Below, one piece after another: positions 29,849 through 39,301 of a DNA stretch of 46,228 bases. The translations under genes were made by a program, and so were the position numbers. Under the pieces are notes generated by a model. That model saw only the letters and a program-made list of their open reading frames with translations. It had not been told where the DNA came from and searched no databases. Numbering within the stretch: the first letter of the stretch is position 1; every line of letters starts with the position of its first letter. The DNA is from Candidatus Limosilactobacillus merdipullorum (GTDB lineage Bacteria; Bacillota; Bacilli; Lactobacillales; Lactobacillaceae), in assembly GCA_019113965.1 (NCBI GenBank), contig DXGK01000022.1, positions 1 to 46,228 of the forward strand, read 5' to 3'.

Positions 29849-31861
29849 TTATTCCACTGACGAACCAGGTACCATGCTGTCAGGTAAGGTCAACAATTGA
29901 ACCTTGCCATCGTGTTCGGCTGACAGCAGCATCCCCTGGCTGACTTCACCACGCATCTTCCGCGGCTTCAAGTTGGCCACAAAGACAACCTTCTTGCCAA
30001 CCAAGACGGACGGGTCTGGGTACCACTGAGCAATCCCGGAAAGGATTTGCCGGCCATCAGCACCATCATCAATGGCGAACTTGAGCAACTTGTCGGCCCC
30101 TTCAACGTGGTCAGCAGCGGTGATCTTGCCGACCTTTAATTCAACCTTGTCGAAGACATCAATGCGGATTGACTTCTTGCCAGCATTCTGCTGAGCAACG
30201 GCCTTTTGCTTGGCTTCTTCCATGGCTTTGCGCCCCTTCTTCTTCGTATTCTTGGTCATTTGGCTCTTTAAGAACTTCACTTCTTCGTTGACATCGCGAC
30301 GTGGGAAGATCGGCTGACCCTTGCTGACTACCTGGGCACTTGCTGGAAAGTCATTGAAGTTCAACGTCTGAAGGTCAATTGATCCTTCTGGGAGGCCGAG
30401 CTGACGGCAAATATCAGCAGGAACCTTTGGCATGATTGGTTGCAATAAGGCAGCGATAACCCGCAGCGACTTAGCCAGTTCGGTCATCACGTCGCTTAAT
30501 TCAGCGGCCTTGCTGTCGTCCTTAGCCAGGACCCACGGTTCGGTCTCGTCAATGTACTTGTTAGCCCGGGCAACCAATTCCCAAACAGCAGATAGCGCGT
30601 CTTGGAAGTGGGTCGCATCCATTTCCTGTTTAAAGTTAGCGATCACCGTTGCAGCGGTCTTTTCCAGGTCAGCATCAAAGTCGGTCGTCGCACTCGGTTG
30701 ACCATCGATCTTGCCATCCTGGTACTTGTTGATCATTGCTACCGTCCGGTTCAACAGGTTCCCTAAGTCGTTGGCCAGGTCAAAGTTGACCTTGTCAACA
30801 AAATCTTCTGGACTGAAGACCCCGTCGTTACCAAACGGCATCGACTTTAGCAGGTAGTAGCGGGTGGCATCCAGTCCGTAACGGTCGACCAGCGTTTCCG
30901 GGTAGATGACATTGCCGCGTGACTTGGACATCTTACCGTCCTTCATGGTTAACCAACCGTGGCCAATAACGTGCTTCGGCAGTGGCAGACCAAGGGCGTG
31001 CAGGATGATTGGCCAGTAAATGGTGTGGAAACGAACGATTTCCTTACCAACCATGTGGATGTCAGCTGGCCAGAACTTTTTGAAGAGGATGTCATCGTCG
31101 CTACCGTAACCGAGAGCAGTGATATAGTTGCTCAAGGCGTCGATCCAAACGTAAACGACGTGCTTCGGGTCACTTGGCACCTTTACACCCCAGTTAAAGG
31201 ACGTCCGGGAGACTGACAGGTCTTCCAGGCCCGGCTTCAGGAAGTTGTTAACCATTTCGTTCATCCGGGAGTGTGGCTCGATAAAGTCCGGGTGTTCCTT
31301 GTAGTAGTTCATCAACCAGTCGGCGTACTTGCTCATCTTGAAGAAGTATGATTCTTCTTCTACCAGCTGAACTTCGTGGCCCGACGGTGCCTTGCCGCCG
31401 ATGACCTTACCGTTGCCGTCACGGTAAACTTCGGCTAGTTGACTGTCGGTAAAGTATTCCTCGTCGTCAACCGAGTACCAACCGGTGTACTTGCCTTTGT
31501 AAATATCACCCTGGGCCAGCAAATTTTCAAAAATCTTTTGAACTGCCTTTTCGTGGTATTCATCGGTCGTCCGGATGAACTTGTCGTTGGTAATGTCTAA
31601 CGTCTTCCAAAGCTTCTTAATGCCGGCAGCCATTTTGTCAACATAAGCCTGCGGTTTCATCCCCAGCTTCTCAGCCTTTTGTTCAATCTTTAACCCGTGT
31701 TCATCGGTCCCGGTGAGGAAGAACACGTCAAAGCCCATCAAACGCTTGTAACGGGCCATTGCGTCACAGGCAACCGTCGTGTAGGAGTTACCAATGTGCA
31801 GGCGGCCAGATGGGTAGTAAATCGGCGTTGTAATGTAAAATGTTGGTTTTTTATCAGCCAT
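29849..31861 (-). CDS. metG: Methionyl-tRNA synthetase
   Basis: LHIGN, GTDEHG, YVWIDAL, KMSKS, C-terminal OB/EMAP domain. Confidence 0.97.
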   Translation of the reverse strand: MADKKPTFYITTPIYYPSGRLHIGNSYTTVACDAMARYKRLMGFDVFFLTGTDEHGLKIEQKAEKLGMKPQAYVDKMAAGIKKLWKTLDITNDKFIRTTDEYHEKAVQKIFENLLAQGDIYKGKYTGWYSVDDEEYFTDSQLAEVYRDGNGKVIGGKAPSGHEVQLVEEESYFFKMSKYADWLMNYYKEHPDFIEPHSRMNEMVNNFLKPGLEDLSVSRTSFNWGVKVPSDPKHVVYVWIDALSNYITALGYGSDDDILFKKFWPADIHMVGKEIVRFHTIYWPIILHALGLPLPKHVIGHGWLTMKDGKMSKSRGNVIYPETLVDRYGLDATRYYLLKSMPFGNDGVFSPEDFVDKVNFDLANDLGNLLNRTVAMINKYQDGKIDGQPSATTDFDADLEKTAATVIANFKQEMDATHFQDALSAVWELVARANKYIDETEPWVLAKDDSKAAELSDVMTELAKSLRVIAALLQPIMPKVPADICRQLGLPEGSIDLQTLNFNDFPASAQVVSKGQPIFPRRDVNEEVKFLKSQMTKNTKKKGRKAMEEAKQKAVAQQNAGKKSIRIDVFDKVELKVGKITAADHVEGADKLLKFAIDDGADGRQILSGIAQWYPDPSVLVGKKVVFVANLKPRKMRGEVSQGMLLSAEHDGKVQLLTLPDSMVPGSSVE

Positions 31862-31959
31862 GAAGAGACCTTCTTTTTTCTTTTATTGTCGTAGTACACA
31901 TTATAGCAAAGATACCGCATCGCTGTGAAACTGACAACCGCTTTCCTGGCTGTCAACAC

Positions 31960-31996
31960 AAAAAACGACACGACATCGGTATGCCGTATCGTTTTT
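31960..31996 (-). terminator. Terminator after the DUF72 gene
   Basis: AAAAACGA...TCGTTTTT imperfect stem. Confidence 0.6.
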
Positions 31997-32851
31997 TTAG
32001 AATAAGCTCAACTGCTTGGGCGGTTTCCGGTTAAGACCGTCGAACCGAATACCCATCATTTTCTGCAGACGCAAAGCGTTGGGCGACGCATCACGGTTGG
32101 AGTTGTTGTTAAAGATAACGCAAGCCTCTGATGGAGCAGGCGCAAGCTGTTTAATCGCTTCTTGAAACTGTTTCAGTTCCCCGTCCGAATAACGGTACTT
32201 AGTTCGTTCCTTGCGCCAGTTGGGGCCGGGATGGTTCCACCCGCTAGTGTTGCGACCATGAAGTCGTAGCATTGCCAGCGACGGCGTAGTTGTTGCCAAG
32301 TAAAACGGCACGCTGGTAGCCAGCTGGTGAGGTTCATCCGCAGCCACCAAGGTAATGCCCAGGTCAGCACAAAAGTCCGCCGTCGACTTTGCCACCCCTG
32401 GTGCCAACCAACTAGCGTGGCGAAACTCCACGGCCACCGGTAATCCACCCATCATGTGGCGGACCGTTTGCAAGTAGTCAATGTTTTCCGGGATCGCCGT
32501 AAAGTATGGCGGAAACTGAAAGAGCACCGTCTTCAATTGGCCGGTTGCCACTAACGGTGCCACCGCATCACGGTAACGGACAAACGCCTCCTCAATGGGC
32601 AAGGCCCGGTCGTCACCCATGTGCTTGGTCATACTCCGGTAGGCCTTGGTGATAAATTGGAATTCTGGCGGGACGCTCGATAACCATTGTGAAACGGTAG
32701 CGGTGTTGGGAATCGCATAGAAGAAGGTATCAACTTCCACCACCGGGAAATAAGCCGCGTATTCCGCCAGGGTTACTGGCCGCTTGGCACCATCAATAAG
32801 TGCCGGGTGTTCGGTCCAGGTAGTCGTTCCCAACGTCACCTTCATGCTCAT
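31997..32851 (-). CDS. DUF72 family protein
   Basis: VEVDTFFYAIP, LFQFPP, VEFRH, RLHGRN, YRYS, FNN. Confidence 0.88.
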   Translation of the reverse strand: MSMKVTLGTTTWTEHPALIDGAKRPVTLAEYAAYFPVVEVDTFFYAIPNTATVSQWLSSVPPEFQFITKAYRSMTKHMGDDRALPIEEAFVRYRDAVAPLVATGQLKTVLFQFPPYFTAIPENIDYLQTVRHMMGGLPVAVEFRHASWLAPGVAKSTADFCADLGITLVAADEPHQLATSVPFYLATTTPSLAMLRLHGRNTSGWNHPGPNWRKERTKYRYSDGELKQFQEAIKQLAPAPSEACVIFNNNSNRDASPNALRLQKMMGIRFDGLNRKPPKQLSLF

Positions 32852-32863
32852 CCCTCCTCGTTA

Positions 32864-34069
32864 TTAATCATGGTAGTCGCGACCGGTAATGTTCTTCAAG
32901 TGTCCCATCCCGAGGGTAATAAAGAACGAAAGCATTAGGAAGACGGAAACCAGCCAGAACGGGTACTGGTAGTTCATGTCAAGTAGCGCACCGGACAGCA
33001 GCGGCCCGATGACGTTCCCGACACTGGTCAATGACATGTTGATTCCGTTTAGCAACCCCTGGTTCTCTTCCGTCAGCTTCGTTAGCAGGGTCGTGATGGC
33101 TGGCCGCAACAAGTCAAAGGACTCGTAAACCAACAAGGTCGCCAGGAAGATGTGCCAGTTAGTGTGGTCATAGATAATAATGATCGTCCCCACTACCGCG
33201 AAAAAGAACGACCAGCGGGTAATGACTACTTCGGAAAAATGAACGACCAGCCAGTCAAACAGGAATAACTGGAGCAGTAATGACAAGACCCCGTTCACCG
33301 TCAGGACCAGCGCAATTTCACCGAGTGAGAAGCCATGGACTTCATTGACGTAAATCGAATAAATACTCTCAAAGCCGGCCAAGCCAAACGCAGAAACCAA
33401 AATCATGATGAACAGGATCGTCATCGATGGCGTCAGCATCTTCTTAATTGCTGACCAGCCAGTAGACCCCTTCTCTTCGCGGTGGTGGTGAACCGGTTCT
33501 GCCTTTTCGATAGCTTCTTCAGATGGCAAAGCAAAAATCGCAATGATCGTCGACAGAACACCCAGGATCCCTGCCACCCAAAACGGCGCCTTAAAGGAAA
33601 TCCCGGCCAGGATCCCACCAATGCCTGGGCCCAGCATCAACCCGCCGGAAAAGGCGGCCGACAGCCATCCAATGACCTTGGCCCGGTATTCGCGAGTCGT
33701 AATATCAGCTGCCAGGGCCATCGAGGTTGGCACGAACATCGCCGCCGAAAGGCCGTCAACGGCCCGTGAAATATTAAACAGCCACAAGTGGTTGGCCGCC
33801 GCAAAGACGAATTCAGCAATGGAAAAAATTACCAATCCCCAAATTAGCAACGGTTTTCGCCCCACATTGTCGGACAAACGACCAACAATTGGTGAAGCGA
33901 GGAATTGAACAAAGGCAAAGAGTGAGGACATCATCCCCATGTCGAACGCCGAAAAGTGGTACTCACTTTTAATGAATGGTTCGACGGGGAAAATTAAACT
34001 CATCCCCAAGCAAATTAAAAATTCACAAAAGAGCACGATGTAGATGATTCGTCGCACTTGTTTGGTCAT
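32864..34069 (-). CDS. MFS multidrug efflux transporter (DHA1, Bmr/Blt/NorA-like)
   Basis: GRLSDNVGRK, GPGIGG; about 12 TM segments; start MTKQ after GGAGG. Confidence 0.88.
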   Translation of the reverse strand: MTKQVRRIIYIVLFCEFLICLGMSLIFPVEPFIKSEYHFSAFDMGMMSSLFAFVQFLASPIVGRLSDNVGRKPLLIWGLVIFSIAEFVFAAANHLWLFNISRAVDGLSAAMFVPTSMALAADITTREYRAKVIGWLSAAFSGGLMLGPGIGGILAGISFKAPFWVAGILGVLSTIIAIFALPSEEAIEKAEPVHHHREEKGSTGWSAIKKMLTPSMTILFIMILVSAFGLAGFESIYSIYVNEVHGFSLGEIALVLTVNGVLSLLLQLFLFDWLVVHFSEVVITRWSFFFAVVGTIIIIYDHTNWHIFLATLLVYESFDLLRPAITTLLTKLTEENQGLLNGINMSLTSVGNVIGPLLSGALLDMNYQYPFWLVSVFLMLSFFITLGMGHLKNITGRDYHD

Positions 34070-34107
34070 TTTGTCCTCCCAATTAAAATAAAAAACTGTA
34101 ACAAAAT

Positions 34108-34140
34108 AAGGGGCTGCATGCATTCTCCGCGCAGCTCCTT
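34108..34140 (-). terminator. Terminator after the ppx...adh operon
   Basis: AAGGGGCTGC...GCAGCTCCTT stem. Confidence 0.6.
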
Positions 34141-34183
34141 ATCGCTCTATCTATTTTAATATACCTGCTTTTAGGGTAATTGT

Positions 34184-35221
34184 CTAGTCATTACTAATTC
34201 GCAGTACGCAAGCACCTTCGATATCACCATGCTTGACCCGCCGCATTGCTTCGTCTGCCTTGTCAAACGGGTATTCGTGGGTTGTCGGTGCAATGTTTAG
34301 ACGGGCAGCCAGTGTTAAGAATTCCTCACCATCACGGCGGGTATTGCTTTCGACACTCGTCAGGTTCTTTTCGTGGAAAATCGCATCCTGGTAACTCAAT
34401 TGCGGAATATCAGTCATATGAATTCCAGCACAGGCCAGGGTTCCACCTGGCTTCAGGTTGGCCAGGGCGTGTGGGACGATTGTTCCGGCCGGCGCATAGG
34501 TGATTGCCGAATCGAGCGGAACGGGCGATTGGTCGTTAACCCCCTGGGCAGAAGCACAACCTAGTTCCAGTGCAAACCGTTGGGCATCTTTGCCCCGAGT
34601 AAAGACGTGGACCTCAATTCCCTGGGCCAGTGCCAGTTGAGACGTTAAGTGAGCTGACCCACCAAAACCGTAGAGGCCTAACGTACCGCCAGCAGGCACA
34701 TTGGCCCGCAAGAACGACCGATAACCGATGATCCCGGCGCAAAGCAGCGGGGCAGCCGTGACAGAATCAAACTGTTCAGGCAACCGGTAAGCAAAGCCTT
34801 CGGGAACGGTGACGTACTCCGCATACCCACCATCGTGGTCCCAGCCGGTGTAGGTAGAATGCGGGCAGAGATTTTCGTGTCCGCTACGACAGTACTCACA
34901 TACCCCGCAGGCGTGACGAAACCACGGCACACCAATCCGATCACCAAGGTTAAAGCGCGACGTTTCGGGGCCAAAAGCCACGACCTTACCGACGATTTCA
35001 TGGCCCGGCGTCAGGTGTTCCTTGTGAACTGGTAGGTCGCCTTCCGTGACGTGAAGGTCAGTATGGCAGACCCCGCAGGTAATGACCTTGACCAGCACTT
35101 CACCACGCTGCGGCTTCGGCACCGGTTTATTCGTTAACTTAATCGGTGACGTTGGCCCATCAAGTGGTCCCGGCGTGGTAATCGTCCAAGCCTTCATCGT
35201 TGCTGGTATTTCTTCAGTCAT
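34184..35221 (-). CDS. Zinc-binding alcohol dehydrogenase family protein
   Basis: CGVCHTDLH, GHE, CGVCEYC..NLC, GLYGFGGSA. Confidence 0.92.
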   Translation of the reverse strand: MTEEIPATMKAWTITTPGPLDGPTSPIKLTNKPVPKPQRGEVLVKVITCGVCHTDLHVTEGDLPVHKEHLTPGHEIVGKVVAFGPETSRFNLGDRIGVPWFRHACGVCEYCRSGHENLCPHSTYTGWDHDGGYAEYVTVPEGFAYRLPEQFDSVTAAPLLCAGIIGYRSFLRANVPAGGTLGLYGFGGSAHLTSQLALAQGIEVHVFTRGKDAQRFALELGCASAQGVNDQSPVPLDSAITYAPAGTIVPHALANLKPGGTLACAGIHMTDIPQLSYQDAIFHEKNLTSVESNTRRDGEEFLTLAARLNIAPTTHEYPFDKADEAMRRVKHGDIEGACVLRISND

Positions 35222-35223
35222 GA

Positions 35224-35940
35224 TTATTCCTCCCCATTAACCTGCAAATCATCAAAGTATTTGACGGCATCCGCTTGAATCATCGTAAACGGGAAGCCGA
35301 AACTCAACTTTTGCTGGTTAACTGCGATCACCGGTGCAGACGGGTTACGGTAATCAAGTAGGCCGGCAAAGGGGTAAACCTTCATCGAAGTGCCGACGAT
35401 CACGACGAGGTCGGCTTCCTGCATTGCCCGCACGGAATTCTGGATATCGGCAGCTTTAATGCCTTCGTCGTACAAAACAATGTCGGGCCGTAACGGTCCA
35501 CCATCGGTCTGGTGGATGCGACTCTTCAGGTATTCGTGCCAGTCAACGCTTTGCCCACACTTCTCACAGTAAACGTGGTAGAGGTTACCGTGAAAGTCAA
35601 TTAAGTGCTTGGTGTGGGCCTCTTCATAGAGGTTATCGATATTCTGCGTAATCACCGTTGCCCGGTCTTGTTGGGTAAAGGCAGCTTGCTTTTCGTGAAT
35701 AACGTTCGGCTTGGCATCAGGAAAGTAAAGATTTTCCTTACAATACTGGTAAAAACCATCCGGGTCAGCGGCGAAGTAGCGGTGGCTGAGATAGTATTCG
35801 GCCCGTTGATTCTTCGTATACAGACCGTTGGCTGACCGAAAATCGGGAATTCCCGAGGCGGTTGATACACCTGCCCCGGTCAAGAAAACAATGTGGTTGG
35901 CCTCATCAAAATAGTGTTGTGTTGCCAGTGCCAGTGCCAT
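35224..35940 (-). CDS. NAD-dependent protein deacylase (sirtuin)
   Basis: TGAGVSTASGIPDFR, TQNID, HG, RPDIVLY, GTS; start uncertain (35940 or 35949). Confidence 0.92.
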   Translation of the reverse strand: MALALATQHYFDEANHIVFLTGAGVSTASGIPDFRSANGLYTKNQRAEYYLSHRYFAADPDGFYQYCKENLYFPDAKPNVIHEKQAAFTQQDRATVITQNIDNLYEEAHTKHLIDFHGNLYHVYCEKCGQSVDWHEYLKSRIHQTDGGPLRPDIVLYDEGIKAADIQNSVRAMQEADLVVIVGTSMKVYPFAGLLDYRNPSAPVIAVNQQKLSFGFPFTMIQADAVKYFDDLQVNGEE

Positions 35941-35945
35941 TGCGA

Positions 35946-36914
35946 TCACTTCCTCAAAATAAATGGCACATTCTGTGACTTTAGCAGCTCTTCAACCGGC
36001 TGGTGGTAAAACTTCAGCATCTCTGCTGAAGAATATTCACCCTGAGGCGCCGGTAGGACGAAGGCGTTCTGCTGGTCATTCTTCCCCAAAACAACGTAAG
36101 CCCGGCGCTTGGTATTCCGCTCATTCATTTCTGAATGGTAGATGTCGTAAACCTGGGCGACTTCCAGGCGGAGCTGCCGCTTGCTCAAAACTGGCGACAG
36201 GCTCGTGAACTGGTTGTTGTGCAGTGCCGGCAATCCCCACTCTTGCATCTGCTTGTCAAAGAGGCGGAAAAGTTTAACCACCGTCCGCCGCATTTCAAAT
36301 GGTGATTTGACCGGCTTATCCATCACTTCGTCGTAGAGCATCTGCGCTGATGACAGGGCCGCCGGGTAGCGTTCTCGTAACTCATCTAACTGGTCGGCCG
36401 TCATGTGCCCACCAGAATAAAAGACGAGTGCATCGAGAAGCGTCAACAAGCGCATTGTCCGCTCCCCGTCATCCTTACCTGTTTCATTAGTTAAGGTTTC
36501 GGTGATTCCCCGAAAGTATTCTTGCTCAATCTTTTCATCGATTAGGCCGTGCTTGCGCTGTTCAGCAACCACGATTTGGTGAGCCACCGTATTGAACAAG
36601 TCAGTCGCCATGATCATCATTTGCTCGTCCAGTTGCTTATCACCTAGTGAAAGTTCAAAGAAAATCTGCGGAAAACCGCGCAGTGTCATCAGCAGGTGCA
36701 GCAATTCATGAGAAGCAGTATAGTTCGGTTCGGTGAGGTCAGTAACGGTGATCACCAACCCACCCGGCAAGTTAGTCGTTTCTGCCTGGTCATGGCGGAC
36801 GTAACCGCTCCGCTTACCGTGAAATTGAACGAAAACCGACCCGCGGGGAAAGAGGTCATTCACCTGGTCCAGCAGTTCCTGGTTTGCCTTATTCAGCTTA
36901 ATTTCTTCAGTCAT
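35946..36914 (-). CDS. Conserved hypothetical protein with HEXXH motif
   Basis: Start MTEEIK after AGGAG, overlapping the mvaA stop; ASHELLH. Resembles lactobacillus proteins labelled IpaB/EvcA family (recollection). Confidence 0.75.
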   Translation of the reverse strand: MTEEIKLNKANQELLDQVNDLFPRGSVFVQFHGKRSGYVRHDQAETTNLPGGLVITVTDLTEPNYTASHELLHLLMTLRGFPQIFFELSLGDKQLDEQMMIMATDLFNTVAHQIVVAEQRKHGLIDEKIEQEYFRGITETLTNETGKDDGERTMRLLTLLDALVFYSGGHMTADQLDELRERYPAALSSAQMLYDEVMDKPVKSPFEMRRTVVKLFRLFDKQMQEWGLPALHNNQFTSLSPVLSKRQLRLEVAQVYDIYHSEMNERNTKRRAYVVLGKNDQQNAFVLPAPQGEYSSAEMLKFYHQPVEELLKSQNVPFILRK

Positions 36915-38172
36915 GTCCCTGCTCCTTTCGTAACTTGGATAATTCTTCCTTGGAGACGTCTTCGTCAACATGGTCCAAGTGAGCCAGACGATCAGCCAGC
37001 GGTCCCGCTTCCTCGGCGGTCGCGCCAACACGCATTGCGACCACCCGGTACTGGAGTTTCATGTGTCCTTCCTGAATACCCGTGCTAGCTAAGGCTCGCA
37101 GCGCTGCCAAGTTTTGAACTAAGCCCACACTAGCGGCCACTGCAGCCAGTTCTGGTACCGACTTAATTTGGCTAATCTTGGCATTGGTAGCAGTGAGCTG
37201 CCGGGCGCCAATTGACCCACCGACGGTTCCTACTGCCATTGGCAGAGTCATCTTGCCAATCAGCTTATCGCCAACCACGTGCCAAGTTGCCAGTCCGCGG
37301 TACTGTCCTTCCATCGCGGCATAAGCCTGGGCACCACTTTCAACTGCTCGCCAGTCATTACCAGCAGCAATCAACACCGCATCGATGCCGTTCATAATCC
37401 CCTTGTTGTGGGTGGCAGCACGGTAAGAGTCGACCTGGGCTAGAAAACTGAGGTCGGCAATCCGGGCGGCCACATCGGCTCCCTTCATCTGGTCAGTGGC
37501 CACGTCTGGGAATTCCAGGGCGACAGAAACCGACTGCAAGCTGTCCGTCGCATAGTTACTGAGGATGGCTGCTACAACCGTCTGACCCTTCGAACTTAGC
37601 CAGCGGCCAACTGCTTCGGCCATGGTGTTAACGGTATTAGCCCCCATCGCGTCTACAACATTGACCAACAGGTCCAGCACTACGAAGTCCTCGGGACAAC
37701 GAACCCGGATACCAACTGCCCCACCGCCATATTGTTGAATCGACGGGTAGGCATCGTTAGCAATCTTTAAGATCTCATCTTTTTGCTTGAGCAAGTGGTT
37801 ACGGTACAAGTAAGGGTTAGCAATGTTTTCCATCACTACCTGGCCGATCATTAGCCGGTCGGCCTTCTCGGCTGTAACTCCGCCGGCATAAGCAGTCATC
37901 CGGGCACCGTTGCAGGCAGCCGCAATAACCGATGGCTCCTCAATGGCCATCGGGACGGTATATTCTTTCCCGTTAACGACCAACCCTGTGACAACCCCCT
38001 CAGGGAGGCGATAATCAGTGAGGTAATTTTCCACCATCTGTGCCCCTTCCGGACGGGCATCAGCCGCCATGGCCTTAAGTTCGTCAGCGGAAAGACCAAA
38101 TTTTTTGCCCAAAATCGCCCGCCGCTCGGCAGGTGTTTTTTCATAAAACTTTTTCTCTTGATTATTTGTCAT
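36907..38172 (-). CDS. mvaA: Class II HMG-CoA reductase
   Basis: EEPSVIAA, DAMGAN, THNKGIMNG, GIQEGHMKL. Confidence 0.93.
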   Translation of the reverse strand: MTNNQEKKFYEKTPAERRAILGKKFGLSADELKAMAADARPEGAQMVENYLTDYRLPEGVVTGLVVNGKEYTVPMAIEEPSVIAAACNGARMTAYAGGVTAEKADRLMIGQVVMENIANPYLYRNHLLKQKDEILKIANDAYPSIQQYGGGAVGIRVRCPEDFVVLDLLVNVVDAMGANTVNTMAEAVGRWLSSKGQTVVAAILSNYATDSLQSVSVALEFPDVATDQMKGADVAARIADLSFLAQVDSYRAATHNKGIMNGIDAVLIAAGNDWRAVESGAQAYAAMEGQYRGLATWHVVGDKLIGKMTLPMAVGTVGGSIGARQLTATNAKISQIKSVPELAAVAASVGLVQNLAALRALASTGIQEGHMKLQYRVVAMRVGATAEEAGPLADRLAHLDHVDEDVSKEELSKLRKEQGHD

Positions 38173-39091
38173 GATGATTTAACTGAATATACTCCGTAAT
38201 AATCCCGTCGCGAACGCCGCTCTCCGAAAAGATCACGCGGCCATCGCGATTTCTCATTAATAACGCAACCAACGGCAACATGCCGCCTAAGATAATGTCG
38301 GCACGGTCGGGCTCTAATCCCGGCATATGTTTGCGCTGATGTAAGTTGCGACTCAGTAATTCCCGGTAAGTCGCAAATACCACCCGGGCGTTCAGCCGGT
38401 AGCCATGGATAGACCTCATCCGCTGATGACGGTGTGCCATGCTCATCCGTGCGAGGGTCCGGTTGGCACCACCGAGGAGCACAATCGGAACACGAGACGC
38501 ATAACGCAGCCACGGAATCTTCCGGAACCGTTCGTTGACCGCTACTTCCGCCCGGAACAGGTCCCGCGCCTGAACATAGCCACCCAGGTGGAACTGTTCC
38601 GACAGGTTCACCGCCCCAATCGGGATCGAAATTAAGTGGGTAGCACGTCTGTGCTCCACGAGGATCATTTCGCTGCTAGCCCCACCCACGTCCAGGATCA
38701 GGCAGTGGTTGAGCTTCAACGTGCGAATAACCCCCAAGTAATCATAGTAAGCTTCCTTGTTACCCGACAATACCTGTAGTTCAATACCAGTCTCTTTTTT
38801 GACCCGTGATAAAAATTCCTGACGGTTGCGTGCCTGACGTACTGCCGCAGTGGTAATCGCCCGTACTTCTATATCTGGATAGTCTTGATAAATCCGTTTA
38901 AAGCGGTGCAGCGCCTTAATGGTGCGACGAATTGCCGGTTCTTTTAATATCTTCTCCCGGCTCATTCCCTCTGATAAACGGCTGTTTTCCTTTACCCGTC
39001 TAATCTCTCGAAAACGGCCATCTGGCAAGATTTCATTAATTGCCATCCGCGCGGAATTTGATCCCAAGTCAACAATTGCGAGGTTGGTCAT
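38162..39091 (-). CDS. ppx: Ppx/GppA family exopolyphosphatase
   Basis: DLGSNS, TAAVR, DVGGASSE, RADII, GVRDG. Confidence 0.9.
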   Translation of the reverse strand: MTNLAIVDLGSNSARMAINEILPDGRFREIRRVKENSRLSEGMSREKILKEPAIRRTIKALHRFKRIYQDYPDIEVRAITTAAVRQARNRQEFLSRVKKETGIELQVLSGNKEAYYDYLGVIRTLKLNHCLILDVGGASSEMILVEHRRATHLISIPIGAVNLSEQFHLGGYVQARDLFRAEVAVNERFRKIPWLRYASRVPIVLLGGANRTLARMSMAHRHQRMRSIHGYRLNARVVFATYRELLSRNLHQRKHMPGLEPDRADIILGGMLPLVALLMRNRDGRVIFSESGVRDGIITEYIQLNHHDK

Positions 39092-39301
39092 TTTTTCACC
39101 TCCGCGATCTGTTGATTAACATTTTTCATTCGTTATTTATCTTACCATTTTAAGGGCCAACAAACACTGGAAAAGCCAGCGGCGGGGGAGGAAAATCATC
39201 CCCATGCCCGTTAGGTCGACAATCATTTTCCAAAATCGTTTTGGCGGTTTTTCTCCCCCGGCCGTGATACAATAGTTAATCTGAAAAAAGGAGGAGATTG
39301 C

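Noticed and set aside
31862-31959. T-box or S-box for metG
   Set aside because: An extended -10 (TGCTATAAT) lies about 40 nt from the start codon, leaving no room.
35224-35940. Sirtuin as an anti-phage SIR2 effector (Thoeris/DSR)
   Set aside because: Stand-alone CobB-type deacylase in a housekeeping operon, with no TIR, HerA or Argonaute partner.
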